Assembly (NCBI GenBank): GCA_030141605.1
Contig: JAQGDQ010000471.1
Location: 1 to 64,000, forward strand
Direction of reading: 5' to 3'
From: Tubiluchus corallicola
Lineage: Eukaryota > Animalia > Priapulida
DNA: 64,000 bases
Positions within the stretch are counted from its first letter, which is position 1, and each line of letters opens with the position of its first letter. The translations under genes were made by a program, and so were the position numbers. A model generated the notes under the pieces. The model was not told where the DNA came from. It ran no database searches and saw only the letters and a program-made list of their open reading frames with translations. Below are positions 35,601 through 49,063 of this stretch, piece after piece.

Positions 35601-36235
35601 AATACGAAAGCGCAGAAGATGATGATGATGAGGTAATTATAATATTTATGTTATACGTATTATCTTGCTTAGAGAAATATAAAAGTAGTTATTGAAATCT
35701 TATTCGGCTTAATAAAAAAAAAACAGACCGAGTTTCAAACTATAGCTCGAAACAATCTACCCTATAAAATATTGAAAGGAAACATGCTATTTCTTCTAGA
35801 TTGGCTTTCGTGAAAGAATTATTACTGGAGAAATATAATTTTGCATTCGCGTAGCTAGCTTTTCGCTGTTACATGCATTTTGCATGAAACGTTTGTGCTG
35901 TTCATTTGTGTTGTCATCATTAATTTGGCTGTCATGCCATTAATTAAGCTTACTGTTAGTTAATTATCAGAAAGGCTTTGCCATTAATATAAGTGTTAAA
36001 ATATAGTTAGGAAAAAGTAAATGATGTTCACAACAAATAACAACACTGTGAATTATTTATAAATTTTCATAATTGCTGACAAGAATTTATCATGAAGTTC
36101 AGACTCTAAATCAAATAGCTCTTGCACTCTGTTGAAATACAAAGCATTCATTGTTATAAGGGTGGCTTGGTCCATCTACTAGTCTCAATCCTCAGATGAT
36201 AAGACGACAGCATAAACCTACTTAGCTTATTCGTA

Positions 36236-36280
<45 letters not shown>

Positions 36281-39200
36281 AAATCTTTATTACTATACAA
36301 ATAAAATAAAGAGCCTCTATGTGCAGCTAGAAGTGATTTAAACTTTTTGCAAAATATTAGAATATATAAAATTTTATAAATCTATACAATAAAATATAGC
36401 GCTAACAAAAAGTTAAAAGTAGTTCGTCAAGCAAGTTATACCCCATATTAGAATTTTAATTACTTTAATTTCACAAAATTTAAGAAAATCAGAAGCTATT
36501 TCATTTTTTCATGTTAATTACTTTACAGTCATTAAGGTTAGTGTTAGTTGCCAAAGCTGTGCAGAATAAATTCATGATTTACAAAATTTACAAATCCATT
36601 GAGCAACAGATGATTTTAGTACAGATAAACATCACTTATAGATCCAGTTGCAAGCTCATCTAATAGTGCTTTGCATTTAAATGTGGAGTTTGATTCATAG
36701 CAAACAGGGGATAAATTGTGTATTGTACGAACGTAGAGTTGAAGGTTACACGAGCAAGAATACAGACTTTTGTATACACTTTTAGCATGAGTATTAGATA
36801 AAATGTTGTCAGTATAGATTGATAAAAAGATTCGCCACTCTTGGCATTAACACATTATTCACATTAAGTGCCGATATTTCAGCACTACTTCATTAAAATT
36901 ATTAATGTGTTAATAGAAGCTGTTGTAGTTTATTAAATTTCAGGAGTTTGCTTAACCAGTATAATTCACACTTTGTTAAGTGGTGTCTTACTATTTAATC
37001 TCGATCAAAATAAATTATGTTTGATATAATGCAGGAATTTATGAAAGCTACAAATCAATTCAGTAAACATTTATTAACTAGATTCTAATTGCTGCACATA
37101 TCAAAACTTTACGATGCCCTAGGCTGATAGTTCTGTCCTGCCCATTTCTATTTTGAATTTATGGTTGTTTATGTATTGAGCAGATTAAGCAGTTACTTGT
37201 GGTGTATTAGAAACATTATTAACTTACATCATCATTATTATTTACATGTATTTGCATAGCTCTTATATTTAAGCAGGCTGCACAATTGCTTGTCATGTAA
37301 TACCTTACAACTGTTCATTATGTGGCACTTATATTAAAGCTGTGCTCAGTAACTGCCTGTGGTGTGTTATAAAATGTGCCCTTTACATTAATATGAAAGT
37401 ATACATATTTTCTGAGGAGAATAAGAATTTTTCCTAAAATGTGATGCCCTCAAACTTTGGTGCCCTAGGCTACAGCCTAGTTAGCTTATTGGTTAATCTG
37501 CCTCTGACTGATAGTTATGAAAAATAAGATATGTTTATAAAAAAATTCAGGAATATGAAGAAAAAGGCGAGTCGGAAGACTTAGCTGATTATGGCGATGA
37601 AGATCTGGAAGCTTACCTCTTCCCCGCTGATCACGATGGAGATTATGCAGATGAGGAAGCAGAAGGAAAATCGTCACATTTTGAAGAGTCAGAACGCCAA
37701 AGTGGTGACGGGGAGGTATGACACCTATTTGTTTCTGCAATTGATTTTCAAGCTTTAAAACTAGGAATACGGGATAAGCATTTATTAAGAACCGGGTGGC
37801 ATAGCCCAAAGGTAACATGCTCGCTTCACACCCACCCGAGGTTGCGGGTTCAACACCGACCGAGTTATACCGAAGACTTAAAAAATGATTACCCTGGTTC
37901 GACCAAGTTTGCAGGCTTATCAAAATAACATGCAAGTAATAATAGTCGGGACCACGTTGGAAATAAGTATATTATTTTTCCCTGTTATCCAGGTGTTGTT
38001 CCTGGACTATGTCCTAAACAATATTAATATTATTATATAAGAAATCTGAAATTTATTGAGCTCTGTGGGTTAGTTGAAAATTCGAATTTTTTTTGAAATT
38101 TCGCAGTTTGAAATTCTACAGTTGACGAGACAAAAAATATTTGAGTTGAACTTTTCTTGTTATTCATGGCCTAAATATTAAAATCTTTGAGCTTGAAACT
38201 CAAAATAGCCGAGTTTCAAAGTTTAAGCATTTTTAAATCTTAAGATGTGAAATTGTTTGCAATGCTTTGTGGCATCTGCCTTGTAAGACGAAGGTCCCTG
38301 GTTCAATTCCTGTTCCAACTTTTACCATTTCCTGTCTTTAGAGTTTGGTATCAAATTTAATTAATTTTGGGCATGTACCATCACCTGCGGTACTCAAGTT
38401 GTAGTAATATAAGAGGATTCAAATTTTTTAATTTTTTTGTTGCTTTAAAATATCTAAGAACAAATCTTGATACATCGTCATTTGAAATCCACAGAGAAGC
38501 AGTGTTTAGAAATCTCCAGTTGTCCAGTGAATCTTTCTAGTTCAAAGGTTTTACAACAGAGTGGTTATTGTACTTAGCTGTTGGTGGTTATGGGTGCAAA
38601 TCCCACTCATGTAGGGATTTTTTCAGCCACTTTAATAAGACTCACTGGTTGCCTTCCTAGGTGAACTCAGCCTTAACGAGCACCTGGTGGCAGAAAGGTG
38701 GCTGAGCGATTCTACTGAATGGTACGATGGACTGGTCACTTATACTTATGTGTCGATGTTATGAATATAGTTGTTGCAACCATCCATCTGCACTCTGCAC
38801 GCCTTTAGGCATGGGACCATTCTTCTTGCTGTTCATGAGCAAGATATTACTTGTGTGATTGCGTACCAGCACCCATCAGTTACCACATTATGTTGTGATG
38901 TGTCAAAGTATAATGTGTCCAAAATTAGGCTGAATATCAATTTTTTGTTTTTTTTACAAAAACAAACACTAAATATATTGGACTATTATATTTCTAGTAT
39001 CAGATTGCCAGGAAATTGTTTTAAAAATACAAAAGTTAACTTTATAATCGCTTACCCATTTCATTCCTCAAGAATTAGTATTGCAATTGCGAAAAGCTCG
39101 TATTTTCAAACTCTAATAGCAACTCGTGGAAGCATTTGTTTTGTTTGCTGTTTTTTCTGTTGCCAAGCTCATATCTTCGTCCAGAAGAGCCTGCTGGATT

Positions 39201-42200
39201 TAAACCCAACTTCAACATGTTCTCGTACATAGCAACTACCCTCTCGTACAGTAGCTAAGTGTTTTGTAGAAACGAGACAATAAACAATGATAAACTTTAA
39301 CAGGGATTTTCTCAAGATTATTTTTCAGTGTGCAGCCTCCACCTCAACTTCAACATGGATTATCTCAGCTTAGAAATAACATAGAGAAATCATCTTGGTA
39401 TGAAAATGAATAAATGATCCTGATGAAATGAAAATTCAGATGTGTGAATAACTAGCAGAGCTTAATATTGCCAACTTTTGGAGGTTTTTTGCTATGCAAA
39501 CGCACATTTCACTTTTTGGAAACATGGTATTGTTGCTATTTATCATTACTGCTAATAGTTTTAAATTTTTTCTGACTTTAAGGAAGCACCTGGTGGAGAG
39601 AAGGCACTGGACGGTGACGAAGACAGACAGAATCCGGCATATGTCCCAAAGAAAGGAATCTTTTATGAACATGACACTCGAACCGGAGATCCAAAAGAAG
39701 CTGAAAGAAAGTAATGAACTTAATAACGTGTTTTTTATGTAAAATGGTACACACTGTCTGTGTATAGAGCTGAAATTGGACTTAATGTCTGTGTATAGAG
39801 CTGAAATTGGAAATAAATTATGTACATGCCTAACCAGAAAAAAATTTTGCTACACTAGTGATGTTAATCCCTATTTGGGTAGTTACTGGTGAATTCTGTA
39901 AGCAGTTTTAACTCTTGAGCGTTTTTTTAAATCTTTCGCTGTTTTTGCCTACCGTTTTTTGATGTTTTTTGTCATATTAAGTATGATAATGGTGTTCTCG
40001 TATGTTTTGTTCTTGGAAACTTTTTTATTGAAAGATTTTACGCTCTTGCCTGTATTGGTCTGTATATTTTATTTTGCACAGAGGTTTAGATTTTTAAACC
40101 AAAATATTTGAATTTTATAAAGGGACTGTTTTTTGCTAGCTGATAATTGTATGAACTTTATGTGGATGTTATTTTGTTATTTATCTTTTTAAATTTTTGT
40201 ATTAGTTTGATTTTATAATTTAGATTCAGTAATAAGAGTCAACCTTGGATATAAGGCACTCGCTTATAAGGGACCACCAACACCGGTCCTGATTTTTCAT
40301 AACATTTTTCCTATGTAAAAATCTTCGTATATAAAGTACTCGAATATAAGGGATTTTCGGTTATAAGAGATGATATCTTCAGATCCCGCTAATAGAAACC
40401 CAGGTAAGTTACCTCACATGTAAGGGATCCTATGATCAAAGTGAAATTCATTGATTTTTAAGCTCAATTTTTCGCAAACTTTGCCTTCGAACAGTTTGGC
40501 TTATGCGGTCACATATGTCTCGCATCACTGAAGGAGCTTCCTACATACCGTTTGCACTGAATGTGTAGCAATTATCCATAAAAATATGGGTAAAAGCGCA
40601 GAAAAGTACTGGTCTAGATACATCCTCGGTCTGATTCAACTTCAGCTGTAAGGGACATCGGATATAAAGGACGGTTTTTTCTGGTCCCGAGGTGTCCGTT
40701 ATATTCAAGGTTAACTGTATAATTACTTTAGTAGGTTAATTTTATGCGTTTTGGCACAATGTAGTCAGGCAGAGTCTACTTAATGTAATGGCTTGTAACG
40801 GGACTGGGATCTAGCTTGTTATCAAGACTGAGCTTCCGAGATGAGGCGCAGAACCAAAAGAACATTTGGATGTATCCTTTTTCCATGGGGTAAACAGCGA
40901 CAAGCAGTACAGCGAATGAACTGTCCAGATCGAGTATTGAACCCCGTTACTCACAAATTATTCGGTAATAATTGTGTTGACTGTAATTTTGATTCCGTTG
41001 TAGAAGGGAGAAAGTAAAGAAATTGCAGAAGTTGTGGCATGAGGACACGAAGTGGAGCCATGACATGTTTAGAGTTGAAGAACAGTGTCCAAAAAGCAGA
41101 GAGGAGTTAGTAGCCGTCTACGGCTATGACATCAGGGATCCAGACAGTGATCGTCGCCGTCGCCGGAGAAAATACACGTAACTCTTATGTTATCATTATT
41201 TTTTAAATTGTTACTATTATTATTATTAGTATTATTGTTGTTGTTATTTGCTATTGTTTAATTCGTATGAAAATTTATACTGCAGTGCAGAACTGTGTGA
41301 TGTTAATATCGTTAATTTAATAATTTCTGTTAGTAAATAAAAAACAATTAAAATTACGGAACTTGTACATATGGACATTTATGTTTCCTATAATTCATGA
41401 AATAATTTCTTAGCCTTCGTTTTTACATTAAAATTAAAGCACCATCCTTGAGTTGCCGCAGCTTGCAGTTGTATTTTATTCTTAAGTCTGCATCTGTGTT
41501 GTAGGTAAAATGCAACATTTTACCTGTAATGAGTAAATAAAACTTGAAATTGCCTGAAAAATCTCAGTTTATGACTAAAATGTGTGGCCATTATTCTGTA
41601 CTGCAATAGTATGCAAGTAGTTTTACACTTTCACGGTGTTTACTTTAAATTGTTATAATACTGTATTTTTTATTTCTTATTTATAGCTTTATTTTTCACA
41701 TGTATTACAGTAGGGGGCAGGGAAAATACGAGAGAGATTGGAAGGATGTTGATGCCTACCAGCGGCCACCATCCAAACTTACTCTTGGTAGTTACGTGCG
41801 CGGCGGCGGGAGAGGGCGTGGTCGTATGAGGGCTGGTAGACCCGGTCGGGGTGCTCGCTACCCGAGCGACCAACATAGAGGCCCGAGAAACTTCAATAGG
41901 AGGAATGTTTCTGATGGCGAAAGAGTCGCATATGAACCAGTAGCTGCTACTGTCAGAGACACCCAACCTCGTCCTACCGATGATGTGATCGTAGAACAGC
42001 AAGATGTCATCGTCGAAACTGAGCAGCACGACACGCCGCCTCGCCACCGTCACCGCAGTCCTCCTCATCGTCAGGGCGACCACGTGCAGCAGACGTCTAA
42101 AAAAGACTCATTGACGGAGGATCTAGAAAACTTGAACATAACTGTGACACAAGACGACGGCGGTGGCGACAGCAGGATTGTGGAAACCATGAGACATCCT

Positions 42201-45200
42201 AAACGTCGAGATGGTGGCGCTAACAGGGGACGCAACGAAGACCGTGCCAGGAAGCCTCGTTACCGAAGAATTTCAGATGGTATGAAAGTATTTTTAGAAC
42301 AGCATAATCACAGAATTTTTTATGGACATTTGTATCGTGATGTGCAATTTTTGTCTTGCTAAGTGGCACACTGGTTTTGTTAACAGAATTTTTTTAATAA
42401 AAGTTTTCATGGGAATAACTCCAGACCGTGCCTAAATGGTTTTAAAATGTGGCTGCTTTTATTATCCGTGGTTTTATTAAGTGGCGACCACTGTATTCTT
42501 TTTTTTATGAACATTTGCTTTCTGTCACCTTTGGTATATAGAACACAACTGATTAAGATCCTTTAGGAATTGGTAAGTACTTTTAGATAGTTGAGGCATT
42601 CATAATTAGATAAAGGCACCTATATTTTAATAGTGACAGTACAGCAAGTGCAATGCAGAATGTTAAATTAACATTTACTGAATCTGCCTGAAGCTCTTAG
42701 GAATTCCTGTGTTAAATCAAAAGTAGTTTTATTTTGGTCAAGATTGAAAAGTGAGTTACCATGTAATAAAGTATGGATTTTAGTTTCTATATTTAATTCA
42801 TTAATATTAACTGGGAGAAAGTTTGAATTATACAGGTTAGATAAACTTCGCTCGAGTGCCCCCTGCTCCCGGCATGCAACTGTGTTCAACATTCATATCA
42901 GCTAAAGTTAGATATTGCTTGTTGTGTGATAGCAGTGCACAGTTACCACTCTATAATTACGTGATTACTATATTTGCGTATTTGCCGCAGTATGCTAATA
43001 CTTGCCATTTTTGTTTTGTTTTCAGAACGAGGTCAAGGTGACCGGGCAGCTCGGTACGAATCGCAACAGGCCAACCTTCCTCCCAGGTTTGCTAAGCAGG
43101 AAGGGCGTGGTGCGAAACGTTACTCCTCTCAGCGACAGCGAGGCGTGCCGGACGACAGCCACATGTCTTACCCCGCTCCCGAAGTTACGAAGGAACCCAG
43201 TAACAAGTTCTACGAACATCGGGGTAAGTAGGGAACTGCTGTACTTATGTGTTCATAATTTTTTGCTTATTCTGAGAAGGTCAGCCTTTGCATTGTTTTC
43301 TCACCTGTTACTTCTTGTTTTATTTCATTCTGCCAGCCTGTCCATCCACATATTGATCCTTAATGTATGCCTGTCCATCCACATATTGATCCTTAATGTA
43401 TATCTGTAATCTTCTCTCTCACTCTTTCTCTTTCTATGTCTCTCTGTCTGTTTTTCTGTCCCTCTCACCACTCACTCTCTCTCTCTATTTCCCTCTTTTT
43501 CTTCAATCAGTCAGTCTGTAGTCTCTCTATTTTTTCTTCTCTCTCCTTTTTTGTTCACTTCTCTTTTTATACCCAGTAACTCTTTTTTTATTTTTACGTG
43601 CACTGTCTGTGGTTTTACAGTAACTCATAGCTTGGCGTCTTTTTATTTCTTGTCTTCTTCCATTCTTATTTTTTTCTAGCTCTTTCATTTTTTGGTTATT
43701 TTTATTTTCCAGTGAGTTATCGACCGGAGTATGAGACGACAGAGACTGCACGTACTCGCACAACCGTTCCTAACCAGAATGTACAGTTCCAACAACAGCA
43801 GCACATGATGTCGCACTATTCGCACGACATCAATGTCAACATCTCACCACAAGGTCAAAAGTTGTTTTATATTTTAAATTTATTTGTTGCATTGTTAATT
43901 AAACACTTTTGTTTCACTTATGCGAACTTTGTAATTAGCTACTGTATGTGCATAATGTGGAACAATTCGCTGGTATGTTAATTATGAGAACTGTTTTGTA
44001 ATAATAATTACCAGTTGATGTACAACCTGATCGCCTTGTAATATAAAGTCACAGGAAAATAGTCATAACTTTGGATAGAAAAGAAAGTTAGGTTGTCAAA
44101 CAAAAATATTCAAGTCAGTCACAAAATTATTTAAGTAGCATAAACAATTAAAGTAATAAAGGAGAAAATATTTTAAATTAGTTATTAACTGACAATATAC
44201 GACTTGTACACATTGACCCACTATTTATAAATGATGGCATTACATGTATATGAAATAAATATGTTCAATGTCTTAAGGTGAGTGTTAGATTTGTGGTTAC
44301 GGTTATTTTTTCCCTGTGACTTTATTACCTGGATTCATACAATCTATTGCTCACTGCTCATGGGGTACACAAACAATGAATACCAATTTATTACATCAAA
44401 ATATTGTTGAAACAATAGCATGTCTATAATGCCTTTAAATTTCGTACGAAGTTTCAAGTCTTGCACAGCCTTGATCGCAGCAGTGACTTGAAAACTGTGG
44501 AGTTATTTTTGTCGACAGAACTGTCAGCATGTCTTTTGAATCATTAAATTCAGTAACTAATCATTTTTGTCCTAAAAGTTTCCATATTTACAGCTATGCG
44601 CTCGGGACCGCCCCCGCCGCACGTGCAGACGTCTCCGAGCACGCACATTTCGTTTCCGCCACCTCCTCATGTACCGTCAGCATCTGCGCCATCTACTGTT
44701 GCACCCGGTTTGAAACACCCCAATATTCAAGTGCCTCCGGGCCCTCCGCCCTATTATGGACCAGGGTAAGTAGTGATTAGTGTGGCACCTGTTTCCTATT
44801 GAGTAACTTTGATTTAAAATAAGAGGATGAAACCTAGTTTTTTTGTGTAATTATTAGATCTAAAGTTATTAAATTTTTCTTGTTAAATAAACTGTCAACT
44901 GTCATGTAAAAGTTGCGAGCTTGTGATTATTATAATATTAATTTTTTTATTCTTGATCTGCAGCATGCATTATTGTGTATGGGCAGACAACCTTTTAAGC
45001 TACGGTATGGCACAAAAAAGTTGTCTGTTCCATTATGTATGAATGAGTTTGGAGAAATAAACACAAATGTCTATATAAAAAGTAACTGAAAACTTGATTT
45101 AAATTCTACAACTTTTTTTGCCATATCTTGCCTCCAAAAAGACATTGCTCGTTCCGAAGACTTTAATACAAATAAAGAGCGAATTTTACTTTGTATGTGA

Positions 45201-47734
45201 ATTTTATGAATAATAATCAGCTACATTATATTTCAGTAGGCCAACACCCGCACCCCTCGTTAACTACGGAGCGACGCCTTCATTTCCTCCGACGCCACCA
45301 CAGATTCCTCCTGGTCCCCCAGTCGGGATTCGTCCGATACCGCCTCCTTATCCGGCTTCAACAGCAATTCCCCAACAGGTATGATTTTGATGTTTTGCCA
45401 TACTGTTAACGATTGATAAGTACACGAAACTTATTTCTGGGTAGTTTGATGACTCACACTTGATATTGTGAAGTAACTGGGAGACTTCGTGACTGTTCAT
45501 AAGTGCGTCATGGCTTTCCGTAAGAGCGTGCTGCTCAAACCAATTCAAGCTTATCTAGTATTCATAGAAATATCACAGAATTAGTTGTCTAATTTTTTGT
45601 AAAAACTTATGATACTTTTGATGAATGATGTCATTGATGGAAGAATGGCCGTTCAAAGTGGGTGCGCGCCCAAACATGAAATGATGACGATTTTACTAAT
45701 TACATGGGGTGTTTGACGCACTTTTGTTACTAACATTTTTCGCAAACATTGAAATAAGCCTAACTTCTTAGAAGGCGTGGCCTTTTCTGTAACTTAACGC
45801 TGTGAAGTTTATTAATTATTCTAGTTCATTTTATTGCATGGTTCTGTACCGTAAACTGCACCTTACCATTTTATAGTATTTAACCATTTGTGAAGCAGCT
45901 TTCCTTTGTGCTCTTCAACAATAAATCGATAATTTATATGATTAACAATAATTAAACATGTGCATCATTAAGGTGTCTTTTATTCCAGCAAAACTTTTCT
46001 GCACATTCAGCGTCGGAGGGAGTATTTAGAGATGGCGTAGCGTACTACTCTCCGGAAGCTCAGCAGTCGGCAACAATGAAGACGCGATCCCCGGCTCGTC
46101 GGCCGAAGTTAGCCATACCAATTGTTCCGCCTCCGGTAAATTATTTGATTTTTAAAATTTAAGGCTATTGGCAATCACTTTTGGGTGTCTTACAATTTTC
46201 GGAAAAACTGAAGTGAAATGAACATAGAGAATGACGCGGGGCCAGGGATCCTAGTCTTTTTGTGTCCAGATGGATATTCTCTGGATTTTGTGCACCTTCC
46301 TTGTTACAAGCAAGCCAGTCACTAATTTATGAGGAAACAGCTACACTCAGCAAAATTAGCAATTAGCACCTTTTAAGAACTTAGCTAGCGATTACCTGTT
46401 GAGTAACTGTATTAGTTACTAAGCTTTGTGAGTGTGTATATTAATTCTGTATTCATCACTACTAGGAACCAAAAGAACACACTGGTGGGTTACAAGCGGC
46501 AAGAAAAGAAATACAAGCAGCCACTGAACATGCTAGTGATATTGGTGATACAAGTGCAACACGAATTAGTGAACATGCTCACGAATATGAAAGTGTCGAG
46601 GAAGAAACTGAACCTGAACTTAGCGAGCCAGCAGTGCTCTCTGAAAAGGTTGTAGAAGAGGATGTACAGGGACATGGTGTTGATAGTCAGGCGCAGGGCA
46701 GAGATGATGACGGTCACACGCATCTTTCATATGATGATAGAAAAGTACAACAAAAAGATAATATTTTAGAAGAAGCTGATATTGTAGACAGGATAGATGC
46801 TGCAGAGAATGCATTGACCTCAGGAGAAGTGAGTGATGTTAGCAGAACACAGGATTCAAATACTATGTCAGAAGAACCTGATAATATCAATAGGACACAA
46901 GTTGTTAGTAATTCACCCAGAAATGATGTTGATGGTGTAAATGAGTTTGAAAGTGCTGGCGAAGAAAACGTCATTAAGAGTGATTTACTACAGCCAACGC
47001 ATGACGAAGATGATTCACATGTGGATGAAGATGACGAGGTAGTGGATATCAAAGATGATATTTCTGATGCCTTAGTAACAGATGACAAGAAACGGACAGT
47101 AGCGGCAGCTGAATGTATTAAAATAAGTGAAAGGAATGATTTGGAACAAACAAAAGTTGCAGAAAGTGACGATATTGTCACGCAAACAGATGCAGACGTT
47201 TGTGAATCACAAGCAGCAATTAGCAATGAGACAAGTGGTCAGTTGACTGACGAACGAGTTACGCACATTGATAGAGATGATTATGCAGATGATGAAAATA
47301 GAGATAGTGCAGGCCAAGCAGATGATGGTACAGAGGCGGCACAAGTGAACAAGGTAGAAACGGCTGCTACAAATGATGGAAATTTGGTTGTGATTGACGA
47401 TGCAGATGTGTTGCCAGAATCTGTTGAGTGTAGCACTTCAGCTTGTCCAGATGATGAACGGGAAAAGGTTGCTGCAAGTCATACAGCAGATTCTGAGACA
47501 CATAATGCCTCTGATGAAGAGAAGATGCTGTTGAACGAACAGATGCAGCATCCTGCTTGTGTACCATCTGACCGCAGTGGCGACTGGAACGATAGCCAGC
47601 TAGACACTGAAAAACTTGGTGATGTTAACTATCATTGTTCTGTGAATGTAGACAATGATCAAAGAAATGAAAAAGACAATGGACTAGGTGATAGTAGTGC
47701 AGCAGTGGCAACAAATCCAGATAAGGGTTGTTAA
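32694..47734 (+). CDS. CASC3: CASC3/MLN51/barentsz (exon junction complex), ~1098 aa, 13 exons
   Basis: Exons 32694-32819, 34927-34948, 35589-35632, 37551-37715, 39583-39710, 41004-41177, 41711-42279, 43026-43223, 43713-43853, 44594-44765, 45237-45378, 45989-46135, 46466-47734 (3297 nt). MADRR start, SEYESAED, ERQSGDG, SELOR/Btz domain (DEDRQNPAYVPKKGIFYEHD...KWSHDMF...PKSREELVAVYGYDIR), KRYSSQRQR, GVAYYSP. Confidence 0.9.
33604..34590. mobile_element. PIF/Harbinger-like MITE
   Basis: TAA-GGGGCATCCACATATAACAATATCAA ... TTGATATTGTTATATGTGGCTGGCCCC-TAA, with TAA target duplication. Confidence 0.8.
36236..36280. repeat. (GAT)n microsatellite
   Basis: Direct observation. Confidence 0.95.
37792..38030 (+). 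mobile_element. tRNA-derived SINE remnant
   Basis: A-box-like TGGCATAGCCCAAAGG and B-box-like GGTTCAACACC. No clean cloverleaf. Confidence 0.45.
38560..38826 (+). mobile_element. SINE remnant with tRNA-like head and Nin-like core
   Basis: GGGTGCAAATCCC B-box-like motif. AACTCAGCCTTAACGAGCACCTGG resembles the Nin-SINE core. Confidence 0.4.
40236..40718. mobile_element. Tigger/pogo-like MITE
   Basis: AGTCAACCTTGGATATAA...TTATATTCAAGGTTAACTG-TA, with internal repeated (G)ATATAAG motifs. Confidence 0.7.
42495..42860 (-). mobile_element. CR1-like LINE 3' end
   Basis: TLLHGNSLFNLDQNKTTFDLTQEFLRASGRF C-terminus, short UTR and A-tail. Confidence 0.75.
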
Positions 47735-49063
47735 AATTTAGTAATTTAAGGGTCAGGTGACTTCTTTGTCATAATTATTTCAAGTGTTGTTTAATGTTGT
47801 CGATTTTCCAGCACTATCATCCTTGCTTATATCAGCGTTAATTAGTTCGTACATAACAAATTTTACATATCTCAGTTACGTAATCCTCGTCCACAAGTCA
47901 GTTGGAGTTTGACACAGCATCTACGACGACAATAATTTAAAGTCCAATTCAGCGATGTTAAATCATTTTTGGCCCCATCCCGTGCAACCTTATTAGGTAG
48001 GGAGTACAGCATTTCCCGTGCTTTAGACTCTGTAAGAATGTAAACCTGAAAACTTTACAGCTGAATGTGCCAAATTTTCTTGCAAGTAATATTCTTCCAG
48101 TAAATGCTCCAGTCAAACCTTTGTATTTTACAGTATTGGTTTATAGTGTTGCACGAAACAATTTAAAGAATGTAATCCTCTTGAAAAATAGTTGTTGATT
48201 AATTTATATAGTTTACAGTATATTCGATTAACTCTGTACTGGGTTAGTCTAGTGGCAATTTCAATTTTCAGTTAAAAATACATTAGGCCTAAAAATACTG
48301 ACTTTTGCTTTTTCAGTTCATTTCAGTTCATGTTACTTGGTATATCGTCAGAATGCTGAATGTACATATTTTAGGCATTAATTCAACAAAATTTATGTAT
48401 ATTGTATTAAGTACTGTTTAGCAAGAACAGGATATTGTTATTATTAAAACTATTTTCAGTTATATGCTAACTAGTATATGAATAATAAAATATAATAACA
48501 CGAAAACTTTTCTATACAATTGTTTATTTAATTTAATGTTGTTTGCTAACTAGCTTGTAATAGAACATATAACATATCATGCGACAGTTTAATACCATTA
48601 TTATTAAACTTATTTTCTCAATCCATTTTTTCTAAATTTTGAAAATGGTCTATATTCTAAAATGTAGTGCTTTGAGTTTCTCAAAATTGTGTCTGCACCT
48701 CGTATGAGGCAATTAAAACCAGGCAAGTGGAATTTTACCTACTAACACAAAAATGCTTTTATCGAAAGAGCAGTTTAGTGATATTGGTATAGATAACGAT
48801 AACATTTTGATGAACGGCAGAGCAATTATGTTACGGAAAGACAACACTGCCATCAATCAACAAATAACAATGTACGTACTTATCATGATTCATATTCATA
48901 TGCAAGAGACATTAACCACCTAAGGTACTTGTAAAACAAAATGTCTTTTTTTCTTCTATGCCCATCATCTTTAATCGATGAAACCAAGCAGATAGCAGAA
49001 CAGTGATATAAATAATCTACCTATAAATTAGTCTAGTTGTATAACTGCAGCCAACAAGCACTA

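Noticed and set aside
37792-38315. Possible tRNA genes
   Set aside because: Only A/B-box-like remnants with no pairing acceptor or anticodon stems, so treated as SINE heads.
47757-47810. Possible 3' UTR intron in CASC3 (CAG|GTGACT...TTTTCCAG)
   Set aside because: Only ~53 nt, much shorter than the other introns here, and unsupported.
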